NCBI GenBank assembly: GCA_029573365.1
Contig: JAKQGD010000155.1
Span: 1 to 58,980 of the forward strand
Direction of reading: 5' to 3'
DNA length: 58,980 nucleotides
Origin: Bacteroidota bacterium
Lineage (GTDB): Bacteria > Bacteroidota > Bacteroidia > Chitinophagales > Saprospiraceae
Shown here: positions 56,906 to 58,980 of the stretch, piece by piece
Layout: each line of letters opens with the position of its first letter
How positions within the stretch are numbered: position 1 is the first letter of the stretch
Position numbers and translations under genes: made by a program
The notes under the pieces: generated by a model
The model's database searches: none
The model's input: the letters and a program-made list of their open reading frames with translations, nothing else
What the model was told of the DNA's origin: nothing

Positions 56906-57753
56906 TGGGTACGGCACGTCTTGCGGTGCTGATGACCGTAGGAGCTGCTCTTTTATGGAGCACGGGAGGCCTTTTTGTCAAGCTACTCAATCAGGGTCCA
57001 CTGACCATACTTTTTTACAGGAGCCTTTTTGCGGCGGTGCTTTTTCTTGCCATATTCCGCAAATCCCTTTTCAGAGTCAACAGGCTCATGATTATAAGTG
57101 TTCTGTTTTATGCTCCCCTTCTCATAGCTTTTGTCACCTCTACTAAGTTGACTACAGCTGCCAATGCCATATTTTTACAGTATACAGCCCCGGCCTACGT
57201 CCTTTTACTGGAGCCATACTTTATCCGTACACGCCTCACGCGGACCAATGTGCTGACCGTCATAGCCTGTTTTGCAGGTATGTGCCTCTTTTTTGTAGAT
57301 CAGTTTACCACTCCTGACAACTGGTATGGGATTATCCTGGCTGCGGCCAATGGTATCATCCTTGCTGGACTGCTGATTTCCCAAAAGATGAACAAACCTG
57401 AATACCAGCCTTCGGCCGTATTTTTTGGAAATATCCTGGTGTGTCTGATTACGTTGCCCTGGTTTGTATCCGCTCCCTGGCCCACAACACAGGAAACAGG
57501 ATATCTTATGTTTTTAGGTTTTGGACAACTGGGGCTGGGATTTGTGTTGTTTCTGTACGGACAAAAGCACTTGCCGGCCCTCGAAAGTTCACTTATTGCC
57601 ATGCTTGAACCCCTGCTAAATCCAGTCTGGGTATATGTCGGCTATGGCGAAAAGCCGGGCCTGTGGGCAATCTTTGGTGGATCGGTCATCCTGGCGGCAC
57701 TGGTTATTAGGATGGTATTTATGGAAAAGAAACATCTGCAGCCGGGTACCTAA
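56905..57753 (+). CDS. EamA/DMT family transporter
   Basis: 282 aa with about 10 TM helices. The ATG overlaps the pheS stop by 1 nt (TGATG). Confidence 0.85.
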   Translation: MGTARLAVLMTVGAALLWSTGGLFVKLLNQGPLTILFYRSLFAAVLFLAIFRKSLFRVNRLMIISVLFYAPLLIAFVTSTKLTTAANAIFLQYTAPAYVLLLEPYFIRTRLTRTNVLTVIACFAGMCLFFVDQFTTPDNWYGIILAAANGIILAGLLISQKMNKPEYQPSAVFFGNILVCLITLPWFVSAPWPTTQETGYLMFLGFGQLGLGFVLFLYGQKHLPALESSLIAMLEPLLNPVWVYVGYGEKPGLWAIFGGSVILAALVIRMVFMEKKHLQPGT

Positions 57754-57770
57754 AAGCCACCTTAAAATCC

Positions 57771-58676
57771 TCACCCGAGGTAAAACTCCTCGTACACTAC
57801 CTTTTCCAGGTTTTTGCGGTATTTGTTGGGACTATGGCCTGTTTTTAGTTTAAAAAGCCTGTTGAAATGCGAAAAATTATTGAATCCGCTTTCAAAACAT
57901 ACTTCAGTGATGGAAAACTTCTCTTCGTTCAATAGCTTACAGGCATGCACGATACGGAATTCGTTGACAAACTCCGTAAAAGTTTTGCCGGTGACCTTTT
58001 TAAAATATCGGCAGAAAGACGGCACAGTCATATTGGTTTGGGAGGCTATGTCTTCCAGCATGATCTGTTCTGTAAAATGTTCCCTCACATATTTATATAC
58101 ATGATCAATGCGGTCGGCTTCCTGGCCACTGACCACAAGGGTTACGCCGGTTGCATTCAGTGTTGTGTATTCACGTGACGAAGCCAGCAATTGGAGAATG
58201 TTGATAAATTCTACCAGCTTTTCGAATTGAGTCATATAAAAAAGAGACTCCAGTCTGGCTCCCGCCTCCTCACGTGTGGTTCCATAAAACGAAAGCCCGG
58301 CTCTGGACCTGTCAAACAACTGACCAATAGCCTGCATTTCGGGCAGTAAAAAGAAATCTTTGCCCAGAAAGTCTTCCTTCATCTGCACCACAATCTCCGA
58401 ATTACTGCCGGATAATCTGTCTGTAAACCCAAAGTGCGGCAGGTTGGGCCCCAGAAATATCAGGTCACCTCCATTATAATAGGAGATATGATTGCCTATG
58501 TGCCTTTTACCGCTGCCATGCTTTATATAGACAATTTCCAGCTCTGGGTGGAAATGCCAGAAAGGCAGATTGTTGGGGCTGAGTTCCTCAAACTTCCTGA
58601 GTGTAAACGAATGGCCAAAACTGGGTTCAATCTTCTCAAGAGAAGGTTGTGACAAAACACTTCTTTTCATTGACAC
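57771..58676 (-). CDS. AraC-family transcriptional regulator (N-terminal cupin-like sensor, C-terminal HTH)
   Basis: 301 aa. WHFHPELEIVYI...G (cupin-like). C-terminal LEDIASQTNMTVPSFCRYFKKVTGKTFTEFVNEFRIVHACKLL...ITEVCFESGFNNFSHFNRLFK. Confidence 0.9.
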   Translation of the reverse strand: MSMKRSVLSQPSLEKIEPSFGHSFTLRKFEELSPNNLPFWHFHPELEIVYIKHGSGKRHIGNHISYYNGGDLIFLGPNLPHFGFTDRLSGSNSEIVVQMKEDFLGKDFFLLPEMQAIGQLFDRSRAGLSFYGTTREEAGARLESLFYMTQFEKLVEFINILQLLASSREYTTLNATGVTLVVSGQEADRIDHVYKYVREHFTEQIMLEDIASQTNMTVPSFCRYFKKVTGKTFTEFVNEFRIVHACKLLNEEKFSITEVCFESGFNNFSHFNRLFKLKTGHSPNKYRKNLEKVVYEEFYLG

Positions 58677-58893
58677 TTAAATATAAAAGTATACAAAAGT
58701 AACGAATAACATTATATATTATTGGAGTCAATTTTATAAAATATACTAAATTAACTATTAATTTACATTTATTAACCATAAAGGAAAATTTAGTATATAT
58801 AATGGAAAATATTATTGTAGCCGTCAACTAATGTATGCCCGTACCTTTGCCCTGTAAATTTTGATTTTTAAAACCATAAATACATTCAGAAAC

Positions 58894-58980
58894 ATGAAAA
58901 CAAAATTTGTTTTATTCTTTAATCTGATTTTCACAATTGGATCACTTATGGCAGGCAACCCTACAGCCACTATTGAAGGT
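58894..58980 (+). CDS. Start of a secreted hypothetical protein (partial, continues beyond the window)
   Basis: ATG at 58894 gives MKTKFVLFFNLIFTIGSLMAGNPTATIEG..., signal-peptide-like. Divergent from the AraC regulator. Only 29 codons are visible. Confidence 0.45.
   Translation, partial: MKTKFVLFFNLIFTIGSLMAGNPTATIEG

Overview
This 58,980-bp window reads as ordinary core chromosome of a Bacteroidota bacterium at roughly mid-40s %GC. Supporting signs are a T9SS C-terminal sorting domain, the uppS-bamA-skp order, TTTG-N19/20-TAnnTTTG promoter-like boxes, a mevalonate-pathway gene and Bacteroidota-typical DUF families. I cannot assign a genus.

I call about 55 protein-coding genes, two of them partial at the window edges, plus two tRNAs: Asn-GTT on the + strand and Phe-GAA on the - strand. 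I also call six intrinsic-terminator hairpins and two consensus-like promoters.

The content is dominated by housekeeping functions:
- Energy and redox: membrane H+/Na+ pyrophosphatase, pntAA-pntAB-pntB transhydrogenase, alanine-dehydrogenase-like enzyme, NAD synthase.
- Cofactors: lipoyl synthase, DHFR, GTP cyclohydrolase I, FdhD/MobA, diphosphomevalonate decarboxylase.
- RNA and translation: TsaE, RluF, QueG, PheS.
- Replication and repair: topoisomerase IV subunit B, an AlkA-like glycosylase.
- Envelope and other: UppS-BamA-Skp, a DPE2-type 4-alpha-glucanotransferase, an M16 peptidase.

I found no CRISPR array, transposase, integrase, phage gene or recognisable defence/toxin module. I therefore do not claim a clear novel system.

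The best leads are modest:
1. An orphan 564-aa protein with a nucleoside-phosphorylase/AMP-nucleosidase-like C-terminal half and an unknown N-terminal half. It sits beside tRNA-Phe and is probably co-transcribed with a Met/His- and Cys-motif envelope protein.
2. A secreted beta-propeller protein ending in three Cys-bracketed ~40-aa repeats, flanked at a distance by two paralogous glucosaminidase genes.
3. A folE-coupled SDR that seems to lack the canonical catalytic Tyr.
4. A two-subunit GMC dehydrogenase with no cytochrome subunit.
5. A membrane-anchored MtfA/M90-like protein without an HExxH motif.
6. Two structured intergenic elements: a GC-rich hairpin between nadE and pheS, and a 12-bp perfect inverted repeat next to an AraC regulator.

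All family calls are made by eye from motifs. No database search was run.
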